Of a stretch of DNA of 64,000 nt, positions 37,821-46,546 are shown in pieces. Made by a program: the position numbers and the translations under genes. Below the pieces are notes generated by a model. That model was not told where the DNA came from and searched no databases. It saw only the letters and a list, made by a program, of their open reading frames with translations. Every line of letters starts with the position of its first letter. Positions within the stretch are counted from its first letter, which is position 1. Source of the stretch: Desulfuromonadales bacterium (GTDB taxonomy: Bacteria; Desulfobacterota; Desulfuromonadia; Desulfuromonadales; JACZKF01); the NCBI GenBank assembly GCA_050485365.1, contig JBJHBH010000001.1:1101-65100 (forward strand), read 5' to 3'.

Positions 37821-40141
37821 GCCCAGAACCGGGTGATTCCCGTCGTTGAGAGTTGGTCATTCATCCGCTTGATCTTCGCAGTGCATGCCTCCAGGTTGTG
37901 GTCTTCGCAAATTTTTCCGATTTGCAACAGAGTGTCAGTCAAGAGCGCTCCCTCGCCCCGGATTCGCGGCAGGATTTTGGAGAAAAAAGCCTGATCGACG
38001 AGCGACCAATACTTGGACTGAGTTTCATCGAGCGGTCCATCTGCGGTATCCAAAAAGTCGAGGATCTCTCCTGCCGTACGGTATCCAAAGTGACGACGAA
38101 TTCGAAAGAGTAGACTGTTTAGCTGGAGCAGGAGTGTCTCTACTCTTTGTTTCCTCTGATTCCCGTTTTCGGAAGCACGGCGCTCGAAGAACTCTTCCAG
38201 ACGAACATCCCAGAACTCCATCGTAAACGCCCGATCTAAGACCTTGTCACTGAAAGGGTGAGTGGTTTCGTCCATATTGACAGTGCCGCCAATGAACAGG
38301 TTGCTGGGCCAACGGATGCTTGGCGGGACTCCGTTGACCGGATCATCATTGGCATGGAGAACTAAGCGCTCCCCTGTTTCCATGGAAGAAAGAAATGGGG
38401 CGAAATAGCGCTCCACGCGGGCCAAGTTCATTTCGTCTAGGATCAGGAAATACGGAAACTGTGGATTTTTCGCAGTTGAAAGGACTAGGCGCAGCGCCGG
38501 CTCGATCTGGAATGTTGGGTCGGCATGAAGGGCATTGAAGTACCCTAAAATTCCAGAAGGGTCGCGCCAGTCTGGAGAGACAGCGACAACTGCCTGATGC
38601 TGCTGTGGGTCCAACTCAAGAGATTTGCAATAGATTCTGGAATAGTGGCACAGAAGAGCCGTTTTGCCTGTCCCAGACAGTCCGGAGAGGATGGCAAAGC
38701 GTTTGCGGGGATTGCAGTGCCAGGCAAGGTGGAGGGCCTCAACCTGTCTTTCCGTGAAAACGAAACCTTTTAGATCTTGATCCTGGCAGAACTTCTGCCA
38801 GACGGCAGAAGATGTCAGCCCGGAGAACGTTCCCCTTTCGACCTCCTCCTCATCGATCTCAAGTAACGTTTCCTCAAGCAGCCCCTGTTCCTCTGGGGTC
38901 TGTAGTCTCTCCGGGAGCCTTTTGGCCCAGCTTTTCCCATAATCCGAAAGTTTGACTTTGCCATTAGCATCGAAATCTACAATCCCCAGTGATTTCAACC
39001 AGGCAAGGAGAGCATTTGGCATAAAGTTCGATGTCCAACGAGGATACAACTCTCGCAGGTAGCTGAAGAGGTCTTTCTTGGAAACCTCTCCTTCACCCTC
39101 TACTTTTTGAACCAGATGAGCAAACCCGAAGGCTTGGATGAACAGCTTTTCGACCAGGATATTGGCGGGATCATCCTCGACAAGCTCTTCCCCCGCCTCT
39201 GATGGATGCCAGAGGCCGTTTTTGTTTTCGAGAAAACCCAGATTTCGGACCATATTAAAGATTTGCCGGCAAGATGAAGAAGAGTACTTGGCAAATTCAG
39301 GTGTAGCTTTTAGGGTTTCAACCAAATCCTCAGGCGTTGCTCCCCCTCGCGCTACCGTAATCAGCATTCGGAAAGCTTCAAGATAACTGCTGATCGCCGG
39401 GAAACCCCGTCTTTGTTTTGTGATCGACCACAGTTTAAGCTTTTGAGGGGCCTGTTCCTCATCTTCTAGTGTGTCTGGCCTACGTGCCCCCTCCTCTTTG
39501 TCGACCATTACAGGGGGAGTTTGGCCCTGCTGAAGCGATTCGTATTTCGTATGTAACCACCAGCAGAACATTGACCGCCAGATATGCTCATCTTGAGTGT
39601 CTTCCTTTCCAAGGGCCTCTCGGATTCGCGATCTGACCCTAACCCCACCCTCACAGAAAGAAAAGTTTGTGGTTCCGAGGACGAGTTCGTGAAGATGTTT
39701 TCTGGATTGCCATTGATAGCAGGTGTGGAGGTCTTCAGGAAAAAGGGCAGTGAGAAGACGGCTGAGCTTGGCCTGAGGTCTTTGTGTGGCGTGAGTGCCA
39801 TAGATCATGTCCATGATCTGGTCATAGGCATCACTAAACGCTTTGGCTCGCTTTTGTATATCATCAGGCCAAGACTTTTTCCGGATGTCCAGCAACGCCT
39901 GCGCAACCTGTTGATCGGTGTAGGCAGATTTTACATTGACCGCTTCTCCTGCTCCAATCCCACTGACACCCTTTGCCCGCCAAAGTTTCTCTTGATTCCC
40001 AGGCTCTAGAAACTCCTGCTCGGAAAGTGATTTGAAATACTGAACGTCACGCAAGTAATCGTTATGCCATTCTCTCCAAGGAGATTGCTCGCGGAATTTC
40101 TTGTACAGTTCCTGAAGTTTGGTTGCCTCTAGTACAGCCAT
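37817..40141 (-). CDS. McrB-like AAA+ NTPase with ~430-aa N-terminal reader region
   Basis: Walker A GLSGTGKT, VAVSPDWRD, Walker B LILDEMNLARVERYFA, McrB signature GTVNMDE, DKVLDRAF. Confidence 0.9.
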   Translation of the reverse strand: MAVLEATKLQELYKKFREQSPWREWHNDYLRDVQYFKSLSEQEFLEPGNQEKLWRAKGVSGIGAGEAVNVKSAYTDQQVAQALLDIRKKSWPDDIQKRAKAFSDAYDQIMDMIYGTHATQRPQAKLSRLLTALFPEDLHTCYQWQSRKHLHELVLGTTNFSFCEGGVRVRSRIREALGKEDTQDEHIWRSMFCWWLHTKYESLQQGQTPPVMVDKEEGARRPDTLEDEEQAPQKLKLWSITKQRRGFPAISSYLEAFRMLITVARGGATPEDLVETLKATPEFAKYSSSSCRQIFNMVRNLGFLENKNGLWHPSEAGEELVEDDPANILVEKLFIQAFGFAHLVQKVEGEGEVSKKDLFSYLRELYPRWTSNFMPNALLAWLKSLGIVDFDANGKVKLSDYGKSWAKRLPERLQTPEEQGLLEETLLEIDEEEVERGTFSGLTSSAVWQKFCQDQDLKGFVFTERQVEALHLAWHCNPRKRFAILSGLSGTGKTALLCHYSRIYCKSLELDPQQHQAVVAVSPDWRDPSGILGYFNALHADPTFQIEPALRLVLSTAKNPQFPYFLILDEMNLARVERYFAPFLSSMETGERLVLHANDDPVNGVPPSIRWPSNLFIGGTVNMDETTHPFSDKVLDRAFTMEFWDVRLEEFFERRASENGNQRKQRVETLLLQLNSLLFRIRRHFGYRTAGEILDFLDTADGPLDETQSKYWSLVDQAFFSKILPRIRGEGALLTDTLLQIGKICEDHNLEACTAKIKRMNDQLSTTGITRFWA

Positions 40142-40508
40142 GGTTCTCCCTTTGGTAGGTTGGCGTTATTTGAAGGTTTCAATGCGGGAGGATCACAAAT
40201 AGTGGGCGGCGACTTGGAAGATGCCGCCATGAATGGTGCGTTGGGGGTTCTTGGAGGTAGACTGCGACAGGGTCAGGACGACGATTGGCCGAAAGTTGCC
40301 TTCCGGGACATGGTACTAGGCAGTTCCGCGTCTGGGAAAAGCATACTGCCTTTCGGCAACGGCGCCCATGAGGATTGATGTCAAACGTTGAGAACTGTGA
40401 TCGCCCATTCCCGGCCCCCCTCCCTATGACGAAAATTAAGAAAACCTAGGCTAACATGTTTAATTTTTTCAATGAAGTAAAAAGTGAAATGCGCAATGGG
40501 GGCCTCAC

Positions 40509-41459
40509 TTATTGGGAATTATCTACCATCGCAGAATGGCCAGTTGGGGTGGCTGAAAATTTCCTAACAGTCTTAGCAATTTCGCGAAGAACGTCTTCTT
40601 CGCAACTAAACACATCCTTAAAGATGATAGGTCCTTCAGAAAGTGTTGGAGGATCATCCCTAATATCAGAATAATGTTTGGATAAGACATCTTTTCCGCT
40701 CAATGTTGGAACAGATTGTCCATTAATATAGGTTGCGGTTATGGATAATTTTACTACTTTTAAAGAAGATCTCTCAATCATTGAAATCAAGTAATTGACA
40801 GCCGCATTTTCTTCCAGGATATCCTCAGGCATTATTGAAAATAAAAACTTTTCCTGAGGGGATGCCCTGTCGGCCACCAACAAAAGTCTTCTAAGCTTTT
40901 CAACCAAAATTGACCTTTTCTTTCCAGTGTGCTTAACGCTTTGCTTCCATTTGATAGGAGTGCAATGTACTGCAATATCTCCATCAGACCATTTCTTTAA
41001 GCTTTCTCTAGCCCTCGCTTTCACAAAATCATTTCCACGGTATTGTCTTAGACTCAAATCCATCCCGTAAGCGAACAGCCCGTAGATATGGTTTTTGTAA
41101 GTGCTTGTTCTGTCATCTTGCCTAACTCCAAGAGTTAGGCGATCTGGTTTAAACGTCTTAATGTACCGATCCATTGGCCAGCACAAAAGGCGTTCGAACT
41201 CAAGAAATACTCTAAATCTTATGGCTTTATTACGGGCACTTTCAATTCGTTCATTTAGGTATTCGGGTTTTTGTAGCAAATCCCTAATTCTTCTCGCCGA
41301 AATTCCCACTTCTGTGGACAATTTTTCGATTTTTCTTACTCGTATTCCTTTCGAATATGAATTGCTTCGGTCCTCACTTAAAAACTCCCTAATCCTCTCA
41401 AGGTCTTCTAATTTGAGAGCCGCCTTTTGGTTTTGGGGGGTCATCCTCGGTTCCTGCAT
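40509..41459 (-). CDS. AT-rich orphan protein, possible N-terminal HTH
   Basis: Long ORF with very low GC; KLSTEVGISARRIRDLL helix-turn-helix-like. Start uncertain (41459 or 41444). Confidence 0.55.
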   Translation of the reverse strand: MQEPRMTPQNQKAALKLEDLERIREFLSEDRSNSYSKGIRVRKIEKLSTEVGISARRIRDLLQKPEYLNERIESARNKAIRFRVFLEFERLLCWPMDRYIKTFKPDRLTLGVRQDDRTSTYKNHIYGLFAYGMDLSLRQYRGNDFVKARARESLKKWSDGDIAVHCTPIKWKQSVKHTGKKRSILVEKLRRLLLVADRASPQEKFLFSIMPEDILEENAAVNYLISMIERSSLKVVKLSITATYINGQSVPTLSGKDVLSKHYSDIRDDPPTLSEGPIIFKDVFSCEEDVLREIAKTVRKFSATPTGHSAMVDNSQ

Positions 41460-41633
41460 ATAGTGAAGTGATTTTTTTGGAAAATTGTTGCAGAAAATTA
41501 CTTGGGAGACAAGCCGTATTTCGCGTCGCAGCGTTGTAAGTACCCGAAGTGAAAGAAAAAACTCCTTGATATGGAATTCAGCGCACCCTATTCTGAGCTT
41601 CCCAATCAAGGGCAAACACGAAGGAGGAGGTAG

Positions 41634-41900
41634 ATGAATTTAAACGATTTCGACCCGATGGAGGAAATCACACAGGTGATGATCGACAACTATGATGAGG
41701 AGGAATTAGAGCGGCAATTATTGGAGGAAATTGAAGAGCTCGCGTTTCAGCGCCTGAGCGAGGATGACGACGACTCTTTCGGCCCCGGCGGGGGATCTTG
41801 TTGTTGTGGCCTCGATTTTCCTTACTGCCGAGATGAGGCTGTCGAGCGAAATGTGACACGTTTCATGGACGGAAAATCTCCAGATTTTGTTGGGTATTGA
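41634..41900 (+). CDS. Highly acidic 88-aa protein
   Basis: AAGGAGGAGG SD; stop overlaps the primase start. Confidence 0.6.
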   Translation: MNLNDFDPMEEITQVMIDNYDEEELERQLLEEIEELAFQRLSEDDDDSFGPGGGSCCCGLDFPYCRDEAVERNVTRFMDGKSPDFVGY

Positions 41901-44359
41901 TGATGGGGCACGATTTAAAACATGCCATGCGGGCGGCCGGCCTTGAGCCGCCCGCAGACCTCATCGCCGACGGGCAGATCCACCGCTTCCACGTGGAAGG
42001 TGATAAGCAAAGGGCGGAGAACGGGTGGTACGTTCTCTTCCCTGGTGAACCCGCTGCCGGCGCCTTTGGTTGTTGGAAGAGGGGGATCAGCGAAAAATGG
42101 TGTGCTGCTAGCGCACAGACGCTCAGCCCTGAAGAGCAGGCGTCCATCAGGGCAAAGTTCGAGGAGTTGCGTCGTATCCGCGAAATAGAGAATGAAAAGC
42201 GAAACGCCGAAACCAGAGCAAGGGCCACTCTTATCTACAATTCAGCTGAACAGGCAAAAGACGACCACCCATATCTGATCCGGAAGGAAGTTCGGGCTCT
42301 CCATGGTTTGCGGGTCTCGAAGGGTGCTCTCGTAATTCCTGTTCATGATATCCGGGGGCATTTGCTTGGGCTTCAATTCATCGATTCGGAGGGGGAGAAG
42401 CGATTTTTGACCGGCACGGTGAAGCGTGGCAGCTACTTCAGCATCGGACGACCGAAAGGTATCGTATGTGTGGCCGAGGGTTACGCTACGGCAGCCAGTA
42501 TTCATCAGGCAACCGGTTACGCCGTTGCGATCGCCTTCGACGCCGGAAATCTCCAGTCTGTGGCCGTAGCGCTGCGCAATAAATTCCCTAGGGAAACCTT
42601 GGTTATCTGTGCCGATAACGATCCGAGCGGAGTTGGCCAGAACAAAGCCGAGGGCGCCGCTCGCGCAGTCCAGGGAATCGTTGCTGTCCCAAAGTTCAAG
42701 GTTCCGCAGGGGAGCTCGACCGATTTCAATGATCTGCACGTACTGGAGGGATTGGCGGCCGTCGGTGATCAGATATCCTCAGTCATCGCGAAGGTGCCCA
42801 GCAGCCAGGTAAGGGTGTCGATGAATGATGAACGATGGGGTGAGCCTGGGATTATTGAGCCCGAACTGCAGCCCGTGCCAGCGTTTGATCCCGCAGTTCT
42901 GCTCCCCGAGCCCCTGCGAGACTGGATGGTCGATGAGGCCGACCGCATGCCTGTTCCAATCGAATTTGTCGCCGCTACAGGAATAGCCGCACTTGGTTCT
43001 GTGGTCGGAACGCGATGTGCCATACTGCCGAAACGGCGCGATTTATGGACCATCGTCCCAAATACCTGGTGCGCAATCGTCGGGGCACCTTCTGCGAAGA
43101 AGTCCCCAGCAATAGCTGCGGCTGTTAAACCTCTGGATGTCCTCAGTACCCGGGAGTCCAGAAACAATAGCAAGGATCTTCAAAACTATGAAGCCATGCT
43201 GGTTGTACAGCAGGCCCGGGAAGAAGCAATCCAAGCACGTATCCGAGCCGCAGCTAAGGATAGTCAAAAGGGAGATCCTGAAGAGCTTGCCAGGGAACTC
43301 CTCCAATTGAAGCAGACAGGAGTATCCCCACCGGCCAAGAGGCGCTACAAATCTAATGACTGCACCATCGAAAAGCTTGGAGAGATTTTGCAGGACAATC
43401 CCCTGGGCGTTCTGGTTCTGCGTGACGAGTTGACAGGTCTGCTCGCTTCAATGGACAAGGCCGGCCATGAGGGGGATCGTGCTTTTTATCTCGAAGGCTG
43501 GAATGGGACTAGCTCCTACGACACTGACCGTATCGGGCGGGGTTCACAGCACATCGAAAATCTCTGTATTACCATTGTCGGCGGCATTCAGCCGGATAAG
43601 CTGCTTTCCTATCTGGAGCAAGCTTCCCATTCCCTCGGGAACGACGGATTGCTTCAGCGGTTGCAGCTGCTGGTTTATCCCGACCATCGATCTTGGCAAT
43701 GGCAGGACCGCGCTCCCAACCGGGCCGCACAATCCAAAGCTTTTCGAATCTTCGAAACGCTCGACGATTTTGATCCCGTAGCCTGGGGTGCAGTCCCTGC
43801 GGATGAGCGGATCAAGTTTTCCCATTTTTGCTTCGAAGAAGAAGCGCAGGAAGTTTTCAAGGAATGGGCAACCGAATTGCATGCGCAAAAGCTCCCTGGT
43901 GAGTCCCAGCCCATTGTGGCTCAGCACCTCGCCAAATACGACAAGCTCTTTCCTGCCCTAGCCCTCATCTTTCACTTGGTAGACTGCGCGTCCGGCACTC
44001 CAAGGGCACTGGTTTCCGTCGAGAATGCGTTAAGGGCGGCTGCCTGGTGCGAGTTCCTTGAGGCTCATGCACGCCGCTGCTATGGGCTTCTTGTAGATGA
44101 TGGAATGAGAGCAGCCCAGATGCTTGCGATGCACATTCGGAAGGGGAAGCTCAAAGACGGGTTTACGGTCCGCGATGTCCGTCGCAATCAGTGGCGGCAT
44201 CTTACGACGACGGAAGCCATCCAATCTGCACTGGAGTGGCTTGAGGACGAAAACCACGTCCGCCCTGAATCCATAGGGTCCGGTCCGCGGGGTGGGAGGC
44301 CGACGACAGCTTTCCGGATCAACCCGGCACTCCTTGCGGCCGTGAAAAAACCGAAATGA
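41897..44359 (+). CDS. Primase-helicase (Toprim + DUF3987/YfjI)
   Basis: Toprim CVAEGYATA / ICADND / STDFNDL; helicase-like VGAPSAKKS, LRDELTG, GGIQP, DGLLQR. Confidence 0.88.
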   Translation: MMMGHDLKHAMRAAGLEPPADLIADGQIHRFHVEGDKQRAENGWYVLFPGEPAAGAFGCWKRGISEKWCAASAQTLSPEEQASIRAKFEELRRIREIENEKRNAETRARATLIYNSAEQAKDDHPYLIRKEVRALHGLRVSKGALVIPVHDIRGHLLGLQFIDSEGEKRFLTGTVKRGSYFSIGRPKGIVCVAEGYATAASIHQATGYAVAIAFDAGNLQSVAVALRNKFPRETLVICADNDPSGVGQNKAEGAARAVQGIVAVPKFKVPQGSSTDFNDLHVLEGLAAVGDQISSVIAKVPSSQVRVSMNDERWGEPGIIEPELQPVPAFDPAVLLPEPLRDWMVDEADRMPVPIEFVAATGIAALGSVVGTRCAILPKRRDLWTIVPNTWCAIVGAPSAKKSPAIAAAVKPLDVLSTRESRNNSKDLQNYEAMLVVQQAREEAIQARIRAAAKDSQKGDPEELARELLQLKQTGVSPPAKRRYKSNDCTIEKLGEILQDNPLGVLVLRDELTGLLASMDKAGHEGDRAFYLEGWNGTSSYDTDRIGRGSQHIENLCITIVGGIQPDKLLSYLEQASHSLGNDGLLQRLQLLVYPDHRSWQWQDRAPNRAAQSKAFRIFETLDDFDPVAWGAVPADERIKFSHFCFEEEAQEVFKEWATELHAQKLPGESQPIVAQHLAKYDKLFPALALIFHLVDCASGTPRALVSVENALRAAAWCEFLEAHARRCYGLLVDDGMRAAQMLAMHIRKGKLKDGFTVRDVRRNQWRHLTTTEAIQSALEWLEDENHVRPESIGSGPRGGRPTTAFRINPALLAAVKKPK

Positions 44360-44904
44360 TGAAGTGGATGGAGGCGGCGAGAAAACGCCTGCTTTCCAGT
44401 TCGCAAGGGTCCGCCGAAATCGCCGAAACCGACGCACTCAGGGTAATGGCGGTTTCGGCGGATCCCCGGCGGCAGCCCTTGAGGGTGGTTCCGGGCCGCT
44501 CTGCAGAAAAACTGCCTGAGAGGGGGATAGGGGGGCAAAGTGGGGGTGGAAGCCAAGTCGTTTCGCTTGGAGGGCGGCCATCAAGAAGGAAGAGAGTCCG
44601 GCTGTTTGAAGAATTGGCCGAAGAGTCGAGAAAACGTTTTCATTTCTGCGAGACCCACGCACGAATGAAGGGAGGCATCTGCCCGCACTTGGGAGGGCGC
44701 CAGAACGGAGACTGTTTGCTCTGGCAGATTGTCACGTCAGAGCCGAAGCTGGAGAAAATTGCGGAAGTTTCGATCACCAAGGGAGTCACAATTGGAGGTG
44801 CTTTGAGTTGTTTGCGGGAGAATAGATTTCCCGAGGATTTGTTTCAGAGGGACCGAAGGTGGATTTTGGAGCTTTCAAAGCAAATCCTTGTTCGCCAGTT
44901 ATGA
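44356..44904 (+). CDS. Hypothetical protein following the primase
   Basis: ATGA overlap with the primase; contains an 11-bp inverted repeat CGCCGAAACCG/CGGTTTCGGCG (44421-44460). Confidence 0.5.
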   Translation: MMKWMEAARKRLLSSSQGSAEIAETDALRVMAVSADPRRQPLRVVPGRSAEKLPERGIGGQSGGGSQVVSLGGRPSRRKRVRLFEELAEESRKRFHFCETHARMKGGICPHLGGRQNGDCLLWQIVTSEPKLEKIAEVSITKGVTIGGALSCLRENRFPEDLFQRDRRWILELSKQILVRQL

Positions 44905-45165
44905 GCAAGGCTGGACGGATGCGGTCCGCGAGTATTTGGGGGTTGCACATTTCGTAGACTTCGAGCATTTGTAGTCTCAATGAATTAAAGTGATTTTCAA
45001 TAAGGCTGTTCTTCCCGGGTGGAGGAACAGCCTTATTTTTTTCTGAGGTGGTGCCGCTCAGGTGAATAATTTTTTATTGACTTTCCTGGGCGGACGGTTA
45101 AATATTTCGGAAATAAAGCAACATCATTTTTCGCCGGCAAACTAGCCGGCAAGATGGAGAGTGCA

Positions 45166-45981
45166 ATGGGCGGGCTGTTTTTGAATGCCTTTAAAGGTTT
45201 AGATCCTTTGGTTCTCAAGGGGCTAGGGGTTCGACTGGGCGACAAGGGGACCCAAACCAGCCGGACCATCATGTTCGAGGAACTGCAGCATCTTTTGGCG
45301 GCGGTCCCGGGAAAAGCTGGGCGTGAAAGCTATGCGAACGCCGTCCTGGAAGACAATTGCCTGGGGAAGAGGACCGCGTCCACCCGGGCTTTGAGTCTTC
45401 AGCGCCTTTGTGAACTCTACGCTCTTGACCCTGGGGTGCCCCTTTTTCGGGTCATGCGCGACCTCTGGATTATCAACGAAACGAGTCGGCCCCTCCTGGC
45501 CCTCCTCCTAGCTCTTGCTCGTGACCCCCTTCTCCGAATCACTGCGACTCCCGTGATCGCGACCCCCTTCGGCAAAGAATTCGCCCGCCAAGCCATGACA
45601 GATGCCTTGGAGTCTGCCGTTGGCGATCGCCTGAACGAATCAACTCTCGACAAGGTGGTGCGCAACGCCTCATCCTCCTGGACCCAGTCCGGGCACCTGC
45701 AAGGCCGGGCGCGAAAGTTTCGGCATCAGGTTCAGCCAACCCCGACGGCATGTGCTTTTGCTCTTTTTATCGGCTATTTCCTTGGCAAACGTGGCCCACT
45801 CCTGTTTGAAACTGCCTGGTGCAAGGTTCTCGACCTTTCCACGGCCGAAATTGCCGAGCTGGCGCACGACGCCAAACGCCTGGGCCTTTTGGAAATTAAG
45901 CAGTCCGGCACGATCGTCGATATTTCCTTCCCGGCGCTACTCACCGATAAAGACAGGGAGCTGATCCATGGGTCGCATTGA
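45166..45981 (+). CDS. BREX BrxA-like DNA-binding protein
   Basis: First gene of the BREX operon; NCLGKRTASTR..L.ELY, SSWTQSGHL; GGAGA SD before ATG 45166. Confidence 0.7.
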   Translation: MGGLFLNAFKGLDPLVLKGLGVRLGDKGTQTSRTIMFEELQHLLAAVPGKAGRESYANAVLEDNCLGKRTASTRALSLQRLCELYALDPGVPLFRVMRDLWIINETSRPLLALLLALARDPLLRITATPVIATPFGKEFARQAMTDALESAVGDRLNESTLDKVVRNASSSWTQSGHLQGRARKFRHQVQPTPTACAFALFIGYFLGKRGPLLFETAWCKVLDLSTAEIAELAHDAKRLGLLEIKQSGTIVDISFPALLTDKDRELIHGSH

Positions 45982-46531
45982 GAAACTGGTCGATCGATAC
46001 CAGCGTTATATTTCTCTGCCCTGGCAAAAGGATCTCGCCGGCGCGCAGCGGGCGGTTTTCGTCGTGTACCACAAGAATGACGAGCGCCGGATGCGTGCTC
46101 GCCTTGAGCTCTTTGCCCTGGCCACTAAGGAGGCCGGCCATGGATGGAAGGTCTGTGACCTGACGACCGCCTTTTCGACCTGGATGTCCGGCATCGATTA
46201 TCGGGATTCCTATTTCGAGGATCCCGAAAGTCTTGAATTGAAGCTGGAGGAAGACTTTTTGGATTTTGTCGCCCAACGGCTTCGAGATGCCTTGAGCGCT
46301 GCTGACGTAGATGACCAGACAGTCGTTGGCGTCTATGGACTCGCTTCCCTATTCGGCTTTGCCCGGGTTTCGGAGGTTATGGCGAAAATTGAAAAGAGCA
46401 TCCGGGGGCGGCTGCTGGTGCTCTTCCCCGGTGAGTACGACAACAACAACTACCGTCTTCTGGATGCTCGCGATGGGTGGAACTATCACGCCATACCGAT
46501 CACGCTGCACCAGGAACTGTTTGAATCCTGA
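45968..46531 (+). CDS. brxB: BREX protein BrxB (DUF1788)
   Basis: VGVYGLASLFGFARVS..GRLLVLFPGEY..YRLLDARDGWNYHA. Confidence 0.88.
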   Translation: MGRIEKLVDRYQRYISLPWQKDLAGAQRAVFVVYHKNDERRMRARLELFALATKEAGHGWKVCDLTTAFSTWMSGIDYRDSYFEDPESLELKLEEDFLDFVAQRLRDALSAADVDDQTVVGVYGLASLFGFARVSEVMAKIEKSIRGRLLVLFPGEYDNNNYRLLDARDGWNYHAIPITLHQELFES

Positions 46532-46546
46532 GGAGGGAGGACCCTT

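Noticed and set aside
40160-41615. KomA-like adenosine deaminase completing a canonical Kongming system
   Set aside because: No HxE..PCxxC or amidohydrolase HxH..H..D pattern in the 40509 ORF or the short 40160-40378 ORF; a remote-homology search would confirm.
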